Source of the DNA: a virus
Direction: 5' to 3' (one strand)
DNA: 64,000 nucleotides
Virus record (IMG/VR): IMGVR_UViG_3300030116_003627
Span: 4,240-68,239 of that record
In this document: positions 48,948 to 58,513 of the stretch, piece by piece
How the letters are laid out: every line of letters begins with the position of its first letter
Numbering within the stretch: the stretch's first letter is position 1
The notes under the pieces: model-generated
Database searches by the model: none
What the model saw: only the letters and a program-made list of their open reading frames with translations
Told to the model about the DNA's origin: nothing
Program-made: the position numbers and the translations under genes

Positions 48948-49668
48948 TATATGTCAGTTTTCTTTCACAGTAGTAATCAATAATAAACCTTGCCCAACCA
49001 TAGATATCATCAACATAGACATTCATGTTAGGTTTCTCATTATCATACGATATTAACTTACGTTTGTCAAGAAAAATATTCACAGAATGATCAGAATTTG
49101 GCCATATGTATTCATAAAAATTAATTGCTTCCAGTGTGAAACTTTCCCAAGACCATTCATATGGCCACCCAGAATTTAATTTAATAGTATAACTGTCACC
49201 TGATTTATGAAAGTGAAAGTCCATATCTTCTGAACTTGCAACTTTGGCATCAGGAAAATCTTTCAATATCTTTTCTTCATTTTGATCATAATCAATTATT
49301 AGAGCAGAAATTTCAAAATCATCTTCTACACAGTTCAGTAAATACCTTTGCGTACCGGGATGAACATAGTATTGATTATTCTTTAATCCAATATTGATAT
49401 GTTTATTAACCAGTTCATCCCGTGTTGTGTATGTGGCATACACTGATCCAGTAGGTCCAATTAAGTCATCTGATGAAAGAGTTTCTTCAACCTGTTTACA
49501 ACGCCAATTTTTTGGGAGTTTGTCAATCTCATAAATCTTTAACACCCAAGGTTTATTTGATGTAGATGGTTTAACATCTTTCAGAGCATTAATAAATTTA
49601 TGCGCTCCAATTTTATTGGCATGATTCCAAGCATAGTCATTTTCTTTATAATGAAGTTTATTGGGCAT
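48925..49668 (-). CDS. Hypothetical protein
   Basis: 247-aa ORF with HPGTQR motif; weak similarity to 50004-50927. Confidence 0.6.
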   Translation of the reverse strand: MPNKLHYKENDYAWNHANKIGAHKFINALKDVKPSTSNKPWVLKIYEIDKLPKNWRCKQVEETLSSDDLIGPTGSVYATYTTRDELVNKHINIGLKNNQYYVHPGTQRYLLNCVEDDFEISALIIDYDQNEEKILKDFPDAKVASSEDMDFHFHKSGDSYTIKLNSGWPYEWSWESFTLEAINFYEYIWPNSDHSVNIFLDKRKLISYDNEKPNMNVYVDDIYGWARFIIDYYCERKLTYNGYQTDI

Positions 49669-50002
49669 ACCCTACAGTCTCACGCACAATATCATTGTGA
49701 TTAAATTCAGCCCAGTAAACTTCAAAAGCTACAGCATCTTCAAGACATTCAAACTGGTGCATTACACCGGGTTTAACTTTAGTCCATTCACCCGGACCTA
49801 CTACAGTTTCATCAACCAAGTCATAATCATTCTGCCAAACACGAATAAGCAAATATCCCGACTCAACATAGAATCCATTCCACTTAAATTCGTGTTTATG
49901 TTTGGAGCATACTCCACCTTTTTTTGTTTGAATGCGGTGAAATTCTAACGCCCCGTTTGCTTCAATCAGTTCTGTAGAACCCCATACTTTACCTGCAATC
50001 AT
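49658..50002 (-). CDS. Cupin-domain protein (sugar isomerase-like)
   Basis: K.WG, CSKHKH..K...F.V.SG, V.PG..H.F, E. Confidence 0.8.
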   Translation of the reverse strand: MIAGKVWGSTELIEANGALEFHRIQTKKGGVCSKHKHEFKWNGFYVESGYLLIRVWQNDYDLVDETVVGPGEWTKVKPGVMHQFECLEDAVAFEVYWAEFNHNDIVRETVGYAQ

Positions 50003-50003
50003 T

Positions 50004-50927
50004 TCAATCTCCTATACTAAAATATTGTTTATCATCTTGCCATCTTGTTACACCAAAGAAAAACCATAAAGTAAATTGACACAACCCTAAAGAACTTCTG
50101 CTGTCATCATAATCAATATTAATTCTCAAAGGCTTTTTACCTGTCGGTATTTTCATCATTAACTCATCATGACAGTATATATTAATTTCGTAATCATGAT
50201 TTTTAATTTCGTTTACAAATTTACTCCACCTAGTATCCCAACGTTTTGTCCATTCCATATCTCTTTTATTGGGACCAAATTCAAAAGTATTTTGACCTAA
50301 GTATCTTATGTCCATATATTTTGTATATTTTTTAGGATCAAGTTGAACAACATTTTTTCCAAAAAAGTTTTTAACATAGTCTGAAGTAATTCCAGTTGTA
50401 TTATACAAAATTCCTTCATAGTCATCTATTGGTTTGAGTTTTGGTTTATTATATAAACTATTCCAAAAAGTCAATCTGGTAAAAGATAAAAATGCTGAAA
50501 TCTCACAATCTTCTAATACATTAACATTAAATATAAATGGCGCTTCTAAAAGATTTTCAACATATAATGACCACCATGCGAAAAGTTTAACTAGGCAATT
50601 CTGTTTTTTATCCCAAAATATATTATGATTTTTTGGTCTAGGTACAAAATGTGTACAGTTATCAGGTAGTTTTTTTATTCCCCAGACTGTCCAAGGATAA
50701 CTCTTTCCATCAACATATTTGCTTATGGGATGTTGACCATATATTTCATATGGCCATTGATGTTTTGTATCTGAATATGAAAACTTGAGTTGGTTTTCAT
50801 ATTGTTTAACAAAGGTATCGGGGAAGTCTCGGTATACCCTATCTACAATAGACTGGTCATAATCAATAGTCAACTCAGCACTAAAATGAGTGGATTTTAA
50901 TTTATTCTTTTTTACCGAACTGGCCAT
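50004..50927 (-). CDS. Hypothetical protein
   Basis: 307-aa aromatic-rich ORF. Confidence 0.6.
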   Translation of the reverse strand: MASSVKKNKLKSTHFSAELTIDYDQSIVDRVYRDFPDTFVKQYENQLKFSYSDTKHQWPYEIYGQHPISKYVDGKSYPWTVWGIKKLPDNCTHFVPRPKNHNIFWDKKQNCLVKLFAWWSLYVENLLEAPFIFNVNVLEDCEISAFLSFTRLTFWNSLYNKPKLKPIDDYEGILYNTTGITSDYVKNFFGKNVVQLDPKKYTKYMDIRYLGQNTFEFGPNKRDMEWTKRWDTRWSKFVNEIKNHDYEINIYCHDELMMKIPTGKKPLRINIDYDDSRSSLGLCQFTLWFFFGVTRWQDDKQYFSIGD

Positions 50928-51103
50928 CCCAATTCTTCTTCTGCTTCTTCATCAACAAAATCAATCTTTTTATATTTGTTGTAGAGTCGGTCTTCATCTA
51001 CATCAAAAGTATTCTTTTTGTTTTTTGGGTATTCCCCAATACTCATCTTTTTGTGACGGCCGTTCTTTTTATTACGGGGGTCAAAACGAGAAAATTTAGC
51101 CAT
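50912..51103 (-). CDS. Small basic hypothetical protein
   Basis: MAKFSRFDPRNKK; RBS AGGAGA upstream. Confidence 0.6.
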   Translation of the reverse strand: MAKFSRFDPRNKKNGRHKKMSIGEYPKNKKNTFDVDEDRLYNKYKKIDFVDEEAEEELGWPVR

Positions 51104-51121
51104 TATCTTTCATATCTCCTT

Positions 51122-51805
51122 TTACTTAATGCCTAACATTTCTTTGGTCATAATATAGTCTCTCACAAAGTCGGAACGAACAATATCTTCCCAACCAAAT
51201 TCTACGGTTGTAAAGTTTCTAAGCTGCTCAACAATGTTCATAAACATCAGAATACCATTCTTGTCTTTTTCTTTTTCAAAGTCAGATTGGTAATAGTCAC
51301 CACACATGATAAATCTACAATCACGACCTACACGGGTGATTACAGAATCAAGTTCATGGAAGTTAAGGTTCTGCATCTCATCAATAATCACAACTGTATT
51401 ATTGAATGTAGTGCCACGCAGATGCGACGTGGACTCAAAGTGGACAGTGCCAGCTTGGATTAGTTTGTTCCAGCTGTCATTCTGTCCAAACAGTTCCGCA
51501 CAAATACCACGATAGGGTTTTGTGTAGGGGTCTTCTTTTTCTTCTTTGGTTCCGGGGAGAAAGCCTGTATCACGGGTGGGTACAACAGACCTAACCAATA
51601 CGATTTGATCATAGGGAGTTTCCTTGTCTAGTACGTCTTCTAATGCGAGGGCAAGTGCAACAAAGGTTTTACCTGTTCCAGCTGCACCAGAAAGAATGAC
51701 ATGATCACCTTTCTCATAGGCATCAAAAATCTTTTCCTGATTTTTTGTGATTGGTTCAATCTCAGGAAGGTCTTCTAAACGAAACCTCAGTTTGTTGTTA
51801 GACAT
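51122..51805 (-). CDS. phoH: PhoH family ATPase
   Basis: P.T.NQ, GAAGTGKT, RS.V, GFLPG, RG.T, DEMQN, GD..QSD, DIVRS. Confidence 0.95.
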   Translation of the reverse strand: MSNNKLRFRLEDLPEIEPITKNQEKIFDAYEKGDHVILSGAAGTGKTFVALALALEDVLDKETPYDQIVLVRSVVPTRDTGFLPGTKEEKEDPYTKPYRGICAELFGQNDSWNKLIQAGTVHFESTSHLRGTTFNNTVVIIDEMQNLNFHELDSVITRVGRDCRFIMCGDYYQSDFEKEKDKNGILMFMNIVEQLRNFTTVEFGWEDIVRSDFVRDYIMTKEMLGIK

Positions 51806-52031
51806 TGATAGTATTGTCTTTCCCTGAAGCCTTCTTGACCTTCTTCAAAAGATCAGACCAACCCTCACCAGCTCTTCGGTGTGTAGAGATTGCACCAGAA
51901 ACTGTTGCTGGCATTTTAAAAATCTGAGAATACTCAGGATTACCATGCAGGAAGTCTTGCAAGTCTTTATAAGACATGTTTACATCCATAGTTTCTTCTG
52001 TTACGTCATTTCTAACTGTGTATACTGGCAT
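51798..52031 (-). CDS. Conserved small T4-like protein upstream of phoH
   Basis: MP.Y...N..T, GW.DLL..VKK. Confidence 0.65.
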   Translation of the reverse strand: MPVYTVRNDVTEETMDVNMSYKDLQDFLHGNPEYSQIFKMPATVSGAISTHRRAGEGWSDLLKKVKKASGKDNTINV

Positions 52032-52032
52032 A

Positions 52033-52560
52033 TTAATCTCTAAACTGAATTGCTAGTGAATATCTAGGTTGATCATTAGTGAATGATGTACCTTTGTGCA
52101 TTTTACTACCATCAAAAGCCATCAATCTATTTGGTAATGGTAACACACCTACTATCTGGTTGTCAACTAAAATCTGCGTTTCTCCACCCATTTGATAATG
52201 ATATTTTGCAATGTCAGGAAAGTAGATAAAAGTCCAACCACCATCTTTATGATCATAATGAAAATATGTAGGCGTCTTAGCATCATATTTATTATAAAGA
52301 GTTTTTTCATAAGAAGTGTTGAGAATTTTTTTAAGATTTGGATATGCTAGACACTCACTAAGGATAATTTGTGTACCAAGTTCATCAAAGGTATCCCCTG
52401 AGTTATATCCAGATTGACTAGTTAGTGGGTCTTCTTCTGTGTCATTTACAGGATTCCACTCTCTTTTCATAGTCAATTCGTAAATTTTCTGATGATCTTC
52501 TTCAGGAAGAAAGTCATCTATAACAATAAGTTCTTTCATTATACCTCTGGAAACAAACAT
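52033..52560 (-). CDS. 2OG-Fe(II) oxygenase (prolyl-hydroxylase-like)
   Basis: IDDFL, HYD, GGET, PNR...FDG...H, R.SLA. Confidence 0.85.
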   Translation of the reverse strand: MFVSRGIMKELIVIDDFLPEEDHQKIYELTMKREWNPVNDTEEDPLTSQSGYNSGDTFDELGTQIILSECLAYPNLKKILNTSYEKTLYNKYDAKTPTYFHYDHKDGGWTFIYFPDIAKYHYQMGGETQILVDNQIVGVLPLPNRLMAFDGSKMHKGTSFTNDQPRYSLAIQFRD

Positions 52561-53219
52561 TTATCAATGAAAAGTCTAACGTCATCTTCACCTAGACCAA
52601 GAGAAGTCATAGTTCTTGGAGTATGTGGATTTTGTTTTTGATAATAAGCATATCTATTCTGTGCTTCTTTACCTAAAGTGTCGTGGATATATGTACCATT
52701 ATAGTTAGTAACATTATTTAAATAGTATTCTGCACCCTCATGAATCATTTTAGTGATCATCTCCATCTCAGATTCTTGAGAAACATTTCCAGCAGCTACC
52801 ATATGCCGACTAAAGATTTGTTTTGCCCAATCAGGAAGTTCTCTAGTCTTATTATATCCGTACTTTGCCATAGTATTACCAAACCAATTGATCATACTGT
52901 GACTCTTATCAATAGTTGGACTAAAATCAAAAAAGCACCCGGTGATCTTTTTCTGTCCAGCAATAACATCAAACCCAAAGACAGGGGCATCACTCTTTAG
53001 ATGTGGAAAGACGCAAACATGCATCATCCAGAGTTTCTTAGTTTCTCTGGCATCTACTACATCAACATGCGCTCTGCGATAAGCATTAGAAGTCCAGACA
53101 CGATTAACCCAACCGGGACGATTGAACTGATCCATCCCCTCTTCTTGGACTTCTGTGCCTGTACTTTCAAACTTATGTTCCAGAAATCTCTGGATTTCCT
53201 CCAAGCGATCCCATATCAT
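52539..53219 (-). CDS. pcyX: Ferredoxin-dependent bilin reductase, PcyX-type
   Basis: W.NRVW....RRAH.DVVD, LWMMH.C.FP, P.FGFDVIAG..K.TG.F.DFSP, R.LP.WA..IFS, Q..NPHT.R. Confidence 0.85.
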   Translation of the reverse strand: MIWDRLEEIQRFLEHKFESTGTEVQEEGMDQFNRPGWVNRVWTSNAYRRAHVDVVDARETKKLWMMHVCVFPHLKSDAPVFGFDVIAGQKKITGCFFDFSPTIDKSHSMINWFGNTMAKYGYNKTRELPDWAKQIFSRHMVAAGNVSQESEMEMITKMIHEGAEYYLNNVTNYNGTYIHDTLGKEAQNRYAYYQKQNPHTPRTMTSLGLGEDDVRLFIDKCLFPEV

Positions 53220-53760
53220 TCAATTTATCCAATTCAAGAAAAATATAGTGAGCATGGTCAAAAGCACGCATTGCCTCTTCCGCCATGTCATTATTTAGTT
53301 TTTCTTTTAACTTCTCTTTCAACATATCCTGATCTTCATCAAACTGGTAAAAGTTGGTAGGAAACTTATCACCAAGTCGTTTAGAGATAATTTGCCCGCC
53401 GGACAAGTCGCCCATGTGTCGTACATAAACATGTGCCAAGATTTTACTTCGGTTGTATCTAATAGACATAAGATAGTCCATATACTCCCGAACAGAATCT
53501 AGCAGCGGAGCAAGGGGAAACTCATCTTTCATTTCTTTATGATCTTGCCAGATTTTCTCGGCCCGACGAATAGACTCAATACCATCCAAAGCATCAGCCT
53601 GCCATGCAAGGTTCTCTAGGGTGTTGTAAACAAATCCCATATTATAGAGGTAAACACAATACTCAAATGGAGTAACTTTGCCCGACACAAGTTTCTTAGC
53701 AAACTCTGAACGTTCTGCTTCTTTATGATGGTTCATTGTTAGTTCACGGAGTTTAAGCAT
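53173..53760 (-). CDS. hemO: Heme oxygenase
   Basis: LRELT...H..AE, Y..LE, AHVYVRHMGDLSGGQII, EA..AF. Confidence 0.93.
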   Translation of the reverse strand: MLKLRELTMNHHKEAERSEFAKKLVSGKVTPFEYCVYLYNMGFVYNTLENLAWQADALDGIESIRRAEKIWQDHKEMKDEFPLAPLLDSVREYMDYLMSIRYNRSKILAHVYVRHMGDLSGGQIISKRLGDKFPTNFYQFDEDQDMLKEKLKEKLNNDMAEEAMRAFDHAHYIFLELDKLNDMGSLGGNPEISGT

Positions 53761-54862
53761 TTTCGTATACCTTATTGTATTGATTGTTCACTCGCACAAA
53801 TGTTGCACACTTAGTAAGGTCTTTAATCTGCCTAGCGCCAATGTAGGTACAAGTAGAACGCAGACCACCAAGAATATACTGCATTGTATCTGCTACAGGA
53901 CCACGATAGGGTACAAGAATATCACGACCTTCAGATGCACGATAGTTCTTCAGTCCACCTGCATGCTTCTTGTTAGCTGTATTGGATGACATACCATAGA
54001 ACTGTCTAAACTCTTTGCGTTCAATAACAGGCTTATAGATTTCATCTTCTTTCATATAGTAGTATTCATTGTTATGGATATACTTGTAGACTGGTTCACC
54101 ACCACCTTCGTCATGACCAGCAAGCATTCCACCTAGCATTACAAAGTCGGCTCCTGCGGCAAATGCTTTTGCTACATCGCCCGGAGAAACGCAACCACCG
54201 TCAGCGACGATGTGACCACCAAGGCCATGAGCAGCATCCGCACACTCCATAACCGTTGATAGTTGCGGATAACCAACACCAGTAACAATACGAGTTGTGC
54301 AAACACTTCCAGGCCCAATACCCACTTTAACCACGTCAGCTCCATTTAGAATTAACTCCTGTGTCTGATCAGCGGTAACCACGTTACCTGCAATGATAAT
54401 ATTATTTACACCACATAGTTCACGAATGGACTTTACAAACTTGACATACTTCTCCATATACCCATTTGGAGTGTCAATACAAATTACTGGAAACTTATTC
54501 TTAAGAGAACGAACCTTATCATAGTCTGCGTCTTGCATACCTACAGTCAAACACAGACTTTCTTTCATACGGTCTTTGTCGTAAATGTCTGCATGTAGAT
54601 GGAGTTTAGTAAGTTCATCAACACTGTAACTTTTATTCATGGCAACCATCATGTTCTCTTTTGAGAATGCTTTTGCCATATTAATAGTGCCAACACCATC
54701 CATGTTGGCAGCAATAATAGGGATAACTTCAAGTGTTCTTTGAGAGTGAGGAAATTTAAACTGTCTGGTGAGTTTAACTTCTTTTCGGGATTCTAGAGTA
54801 GATCGTTTCGGTCTTAGAAGAACATCCGAATAGTCTAACTTAGTATCACTCTCAATATGCAT
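53753..54862 (-). CDS. guaC: GMP reductase
   Basis: [66 protein letters not shown]. Confidence 0.95.
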   Translation of the reverse strand: MHIESDTKLDYSDVLLRPKRSTLESRKEVKLTRQFKFPHSQRTLEVIPIIAANMDGVGTINMAKAFSKENMMVAMNKSYSVDELTKLHLHADIYDKDRMKESLCLTVGMQDADYDKVRSLKNKFPVICIDTPNGYMEKYVKFVKSIRELCGVNNIIIAGNVVTADQTQELILNGADVVKVGIGPGSVCTTRIVTGVGYPQLSTVMECADAAHGLGGHIVADGGCVSPGDVAKAFAAGADFVMLGGMLAGHDEGGGEPVYKYIHNNEYYYMKEDEIYKPVIERKEFRQFYGMSSNTANKKHAGGLKNYRASEGRDILVPYRGPVADTMQYILGGLRSTCTYIGARQIKDLTKCATFVRVNNQYNKVYENA

Positions 54863-54885
54863 TTGTTGTTATCTCCCTAAAATAA

Positions 54886-54961
54886 TGGTGCTGGCGGAGA
54901 GACTTGAACTCCCGGCCTGAGGTTTACAAAACCCCTGCTCTACCAACTGAGCTACGCCAGC
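54886..54961 (-). tRNA. tRNA-Thr(UGU)
   Basis: 76-nt cloverleaf GCTGGCG...TTTGTAA...GTTCAA...CCA. Confidence 0.95.
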
Positions 54962-54970
54962 ATAATAAAA

Positions 54971-55122
54971 TGTATAGGTGGGATTAAGGATTACCCACAA
55001 TGGACCACTGGCAAACTCCTGTCTACTCGGTCCAAACCTACCTGCATCCGCTAAGACGGGCCGCTAAACCCCTTCGGTATTACCTTATCCGCATCTGCCA
55101 CGGATTATTCAGTCACTATACC
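54971..55122 (-). ncRNA. Structured ncRNA, manA-RNA-like
   Basis: GC-rich intergenic element between two tRNAs. Terminal GUAUAG/CUAUAC pairing; stems AUCCG/CGGAU, GGACC/GGUCC and GUGGG/CCCAC; possible UAAGG/CCUUA pseudoknot. Family assignment is from recalled motif features only. Confidence 0.6.
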
Positions 55123-55148
55123 ATTCCTGCCGTCGCAGGAAATCCTAT

Positions 55149-55225
<77 letters not shown>

Positions 55226-55227
55226 TA

Positions 55228-55428
55228 CTACTTATCAGCTTTAACATACTCCATAAACGCTTGACCATCTTCTACCCATTGCTGAGTAGTCAGGTGAGTG
55301 ATCTTATCTACATAGACACTCTGCTCTTCATAGGTATCACCGTCATCATACGTCCAGACAAAATAGCCGGGATACTGATGCAGGCTCAGGTGTTCCTCAC
55401 CGATAATTTTAAGAATGGTTGCTTTCAT
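55228..55428 (-). CDS. Small early hypothetical protein
   Basis: Directly downstream of an early promoter. Confidence 0.55.
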   Translation of the reverse strand: MKATILKIIGEEHLSLHQYPGYFVWTYDDGDTYEEQSVYVDKITHLTTQQWVEDGQAFMEYVKADK

Positions 55429-55456
55429 AACTCTTCTCTGTCAACACTACATTATT

Positions 55457-55485
55457 AATATAGTACATCTTGGATAAGATTTCAA
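55457..55485 (-). promoter_or_regulatory. Early sigma70-type promoter
   Basis: TTGAAA-17 nt-TATATT. Confidence 0.75.
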
Positions 55486-55513
55486 GCCTTTTTTTCAACT
55501 ATCGTTTCTAATT

Positions 55514-55948
55514 TTATGTAAAGTCTAAGTCAACTGTTGCATGTTCAATAAATCCATCACCAGTAAAGTAAGGAACTTCAACATCATCATAACGGTCTTC
55601 AATCAGAGTAGAAGCATCACCATTAATAGAAACGACACCAGCATCATTCCAAGTCCAGACTTTGACTTCCCAATCACCTGTCCAGATATTAGGTTCATCT
55701 GCCTCAACCCAATCCATCACAGCATTTAGTGTCAGGTCTGCGTCAATACCATCATCATCTTCTACAAGATATTTAATTCCAGCCTGTGGTTCTGAAAACC
55801 ATTCTGCTTCTGCATAGTATGCTACAGTAGGAGTTTCACTTTCAGTAGTGTCTTCTTTTTCACCACCCCAGAACTGGTCATACAATACCCAGCCACCAAT
55901 AAACAAAGTTGCAGTAAACATAACTGCGCCTACACCAAGAAACAACAT
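55514..55948 (-). CDS. Membrane-anchored acidic protein
   Basis: N-terminal TM segment; RBS AGGAGA. Confidence 0.6.
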   Translation of the reverse strand: MLFLGVGAVMFTATLFIGGWVLYDQFWGGEKEDTTESETPTVAYYAEAEWFSEPQAGIKYLVEDDDGIDADLTLNAVMDWVEADEPNIWTGDWEVKVWTWNDAGVVSINGDASTLIEDRYDDVEVPYFTGDGFIEHATVDLDFT

Positions 55949-55957
55949 TATATTCTC

Positions 55958-57598
55958 CTAATAAGTCCATCTAAGGGGCATATTAAATTTTGCCCAATCT
56001 ACATTAATTTTTTCACCAAACAACTTTTCTAGTTCTTGTTCTGTTTGTATATAGTTGTCTGCCATAACTTTCAATTCACCCATTCTCATACTTCTAGTAA
56101 ACCAGATAGTTTCAAACTCATCAGTAATTGTGGTTTCGCTTTCAGGTGCAAAAACTCTTCTTATCAAATTTCTTTGCATCTCCACACAACTACTCAAGAT
56201 AGGGTATTCATCTAAATTATCATAAAAATCTTTTGTCTGTTTTGTTAAATCATAAATTTTATCCGTTGCAATGTTAGTGTTAACAAAATTATGCCAGAAC
56301 CATTGGTAGTCAAACATTTTTACTAATTCTTCTAAATCAAAACTTAGTGACTCATACATAATTTCATAGTATTGGAATTTACTAAAAAATACCTTTTTTG
56401 TTTTAATCTTGTGTTTTTCTTGATATTCTGGTGTACCAAAAGAAGTGTTAGCAACTACAAGAGCAATAAACGTCATGGTCTTGTCAATACCAAGATTGTG
56501 TATATTATGATGTAAGGTTTGAAGCCAACTGTCAGCAGTTTCACCGGGAAGAGTGATAATCATTTCTGCTGTGATTTCATTACCTAAAGCTTTTTGTTCT
56601 GCAATAACAGGTAAAAGTTTTTCATTCTTAATATTTGCTCTATCAATAATCTCTAGCACTTCTGGTGTGTGGGTTTGAAAACTAACTTTCATATTATTTT
56701 GAGTAAGAGAAAGTTGATTCTCTAATAAGTCAACAATTTTGGTTAGATTTTTACTACCATTTTTTGCAAGACCACCGTAAATAACATTAACCTTATGATT
56801 ATACTTTTCTTGGAAATCTACCATCTTTTCCAAAACAGTCACATCATCTTTAAAAATGCCAAAGTTAGCATTTGTAATAAACATGCTATTCACTTTTTTC
56901 TTGTATAAAAACTCTAGTTCATCTACACATTTTTGTAACTCAAACTTTGTGATTTTACTACTCGCATTGCCACCCCAATCACAAAAAGCACATTTATATG
57001 GACAACCCCTATCAGTTTCTACAGGGACCATTATTCTTCCTACATTATATTTTTCTGGATTATCAAAAACATAGTCAAAAATACCATCACTATATGGCGT
57101 CGGAAGTTCTCTAATTTTATTACCACTGATAGGTTCATCTAATAACCATTCTTCAAATGCATATTCTGCTAGACCTTCTATGTGTACATCAACCCAAGGA
57201 CGATCTTCTCTATACTTTTCTAATACATCCTTGTGTTTAGGTACTTGTGGCCCACCATATACTACAATACCATCAGGTTTAATTTTTTTATAATGCTCAG
57301 AGATTAAATCACTATAATATTGATTCCATGTATAGTTGGTCAATCCAAAAATATCTGTCTCTGACAAAATATCATCAAATTCTTCTACAGGTTTAGGTAT
57401 GAATAAAGGATCGTAGAAATTGTATTTTTTATTAATTTTTGGATTTTTTATGGCATGCCAAATCAAACATCCAGAGGAATAAGGCAACCATGCATCTAAT
57501 CCTTCTGATGTTGCATATTTCTTAGTTTTTTTACTTTCCCAAAGTGGAATGTGATTAAAATTACCAAGAAGAATATTTTTCTTTGATGTGACTTCCAT
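55958..57598 (-). CDS. Cobalamin-binding-domain radical SAM enzyme, copy 3 (divergent)
   Basis: LPYS.G.L, YTWN, VVYGGPQV, ETDRGCPYKCAFCDWG, NFGI, LPGET. Confidence 0.88.
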   Translation of the reverse strand: MEVTSKKNILLGNFNHIPLWESKKTKKYATSEGLDAWLPYSSGCLIWHAIKNPKINKKYNFYDPLFIPKPVEEFDDILSETDIFGLTNYTWNQYYSDLISEHYKKIKPDGIVVYGGPQVPKHKDVLEKYREDRPWVDVHIEGLAEYAFEEWLLDEPISGNKIRELPTPYSDGIFDYVFDNPEKYNVGRIMVPVETDRGCPYKCAFCDWGGNASSKITKFELQKCVDELEFLYKKKVNSMFITNANFGIFKDDVTVLEKMVDFQEKYNHKVNVIYGGLAKNGSKNLTKIVDLLENQLSLTQNNMKVSFQTHTPEVLEIIDRANIKNEKLLPVIAEQKALGNEITAEMIITLPGETADSWLQTLHHNIHNLGIDKTMTFIALVVANTSFGTPEYQEKHKIKTKKVFFSKFQYYEIMYESLSFDLEELVKMFDYQWFWHNFVNTNIATDKIYDLTKQTKDFYDNLDEYPILSSCVEMQRNLIRRVFAPESETTITDEFETIWFTRSMRMGELKVMADNYIQTEQELEKLFGEKINVDWAKFNMPLRWTY

Positions 57599-57603
57599 AG
57601 AAT

Positions 57604-57680
57604 TGGCCTGCCCGGTAGGAGTCGAACCTACAACCTACGGCTTAGAAGGCCGTTGCTCTATCCAATTGAGCTACGGGCAG
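57604..57680 (-). tRNA. tRNA-Arg(UCU)
   Basis: 77-nt cloverleaf, anticodon loop CTTCTAA, GTTCGA, CCA. Confidence 0.95.
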
Positions 57681-57688
57681 ATAACAAA

Positions 57689-58249
57689 TCAATTACAATT
57701 TTGACTACGACAAATAGTCACAGAAACATTCACTTCAATTTCGTCGCCTACAGCATATTGATCTTTGACAACCCCCCAACCCTGATATCCGTTCCAATCA
57801 TATTGAATGGTATAATCTTCAGGAACAGACTCAGTGCGTTGAACATAACGAGTTGTACAAATCTCTTTGTCTTCATATCCTACGATACGAAGTTCTGGTG
57901 CACGGCCTGCTTCAGCAGCAACCACACCACCAATAACTGCACCAGCAACAGCACCTTCATCTTTATCAGTCACTGCTTTACCAAGCAAACCGCCAAAGAC
58001 TGATCCAAAAAGAACTTCTAAACCAGTAGCACCTTGACCTTGTACATTCTCATAGATTGGTACTTGTGCAATACTACACTTTGTTACGGGTACATCTCGT
58101 ACAACCTCAATCCAGTTAGGTTCTACATCAGTTACAATTGCAGTCTCCGCTGCGGCGGGACTGGCGCATGCACCAACCCCTACCATAGATAAAACGGCTA
58201 GAATACGTTTCATTGAACTTCCTTTAATACTTCTGTCATTGATGGACAA
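57689..58249 (-). CDS. Glycine-zipper 2TM envelope protein
   Basis: Signal peptide; G..FGGLLG...GAVAGAVIGG; Cys pair. Start probably at MKRIL. Confidence 0.75.
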   Translation of the reverse strand: MSINDRSIKGSSMKRILAVLSMVGVGACASPAAAETAIVTDVEPNWIEVVRDVPVTKCSIAQVPIYENVQGQGATGLEVLFGSVFGGLLGKAVTDKDEGAVAGAVIGGVVAAEAGRAPELRIVGYEDKEICTTRYVQRTESVPEDYTIQYDWNGYQGWGVVKDQYAVGDEIEVNVSVTICRSQNCN

Positions 58250-58512
58250 ATCTCTGCTGTATATAGTCCACCGGATGCTACAGTACCAGCAAGAGCGCCT
58301 GTAGCAGCACCAAAGAGTGCATCGGTTCCACCTACGTTGCCATCAGAAAGAACAACCATAGCAGCTGTACCAGCTACTGCACCAAGTGCTGCATACTGTG
58401 GTGTTTTTTCATTATAGTACATTACATTGGTACATTCACCAAGAGGTTTAGTAAGTTGCGCACATCCAGTCAAACCAAGCATCGCAACAGATGCAATAAT
58501 AATAGATTTCAT
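58210..58512 (-). CDS. Glycine-zipper lipoprotein
   Basis: Lipobox LTGC; GAVAG...GAATGALAG. Confidence 0.75.
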   Translation of the reverse strand: MKSIIIASVAMLGLTGCAQLTKPLGECTNVMYYNEKTPQYAALGAVAGTAAMVVLSDGNVGGTDALFGAATGALAGTVASGGLYTAEICPSMTEVLKEVQ

Positions 58513-58513
58513 T

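Noticed and set aside
52539-53760. Cyanophage assignment based on bilin genes
   Set aside because: The reductase looks PcyX-type, and no psbA, hli, petF or cpeT is present in the window. The host remains unproven.
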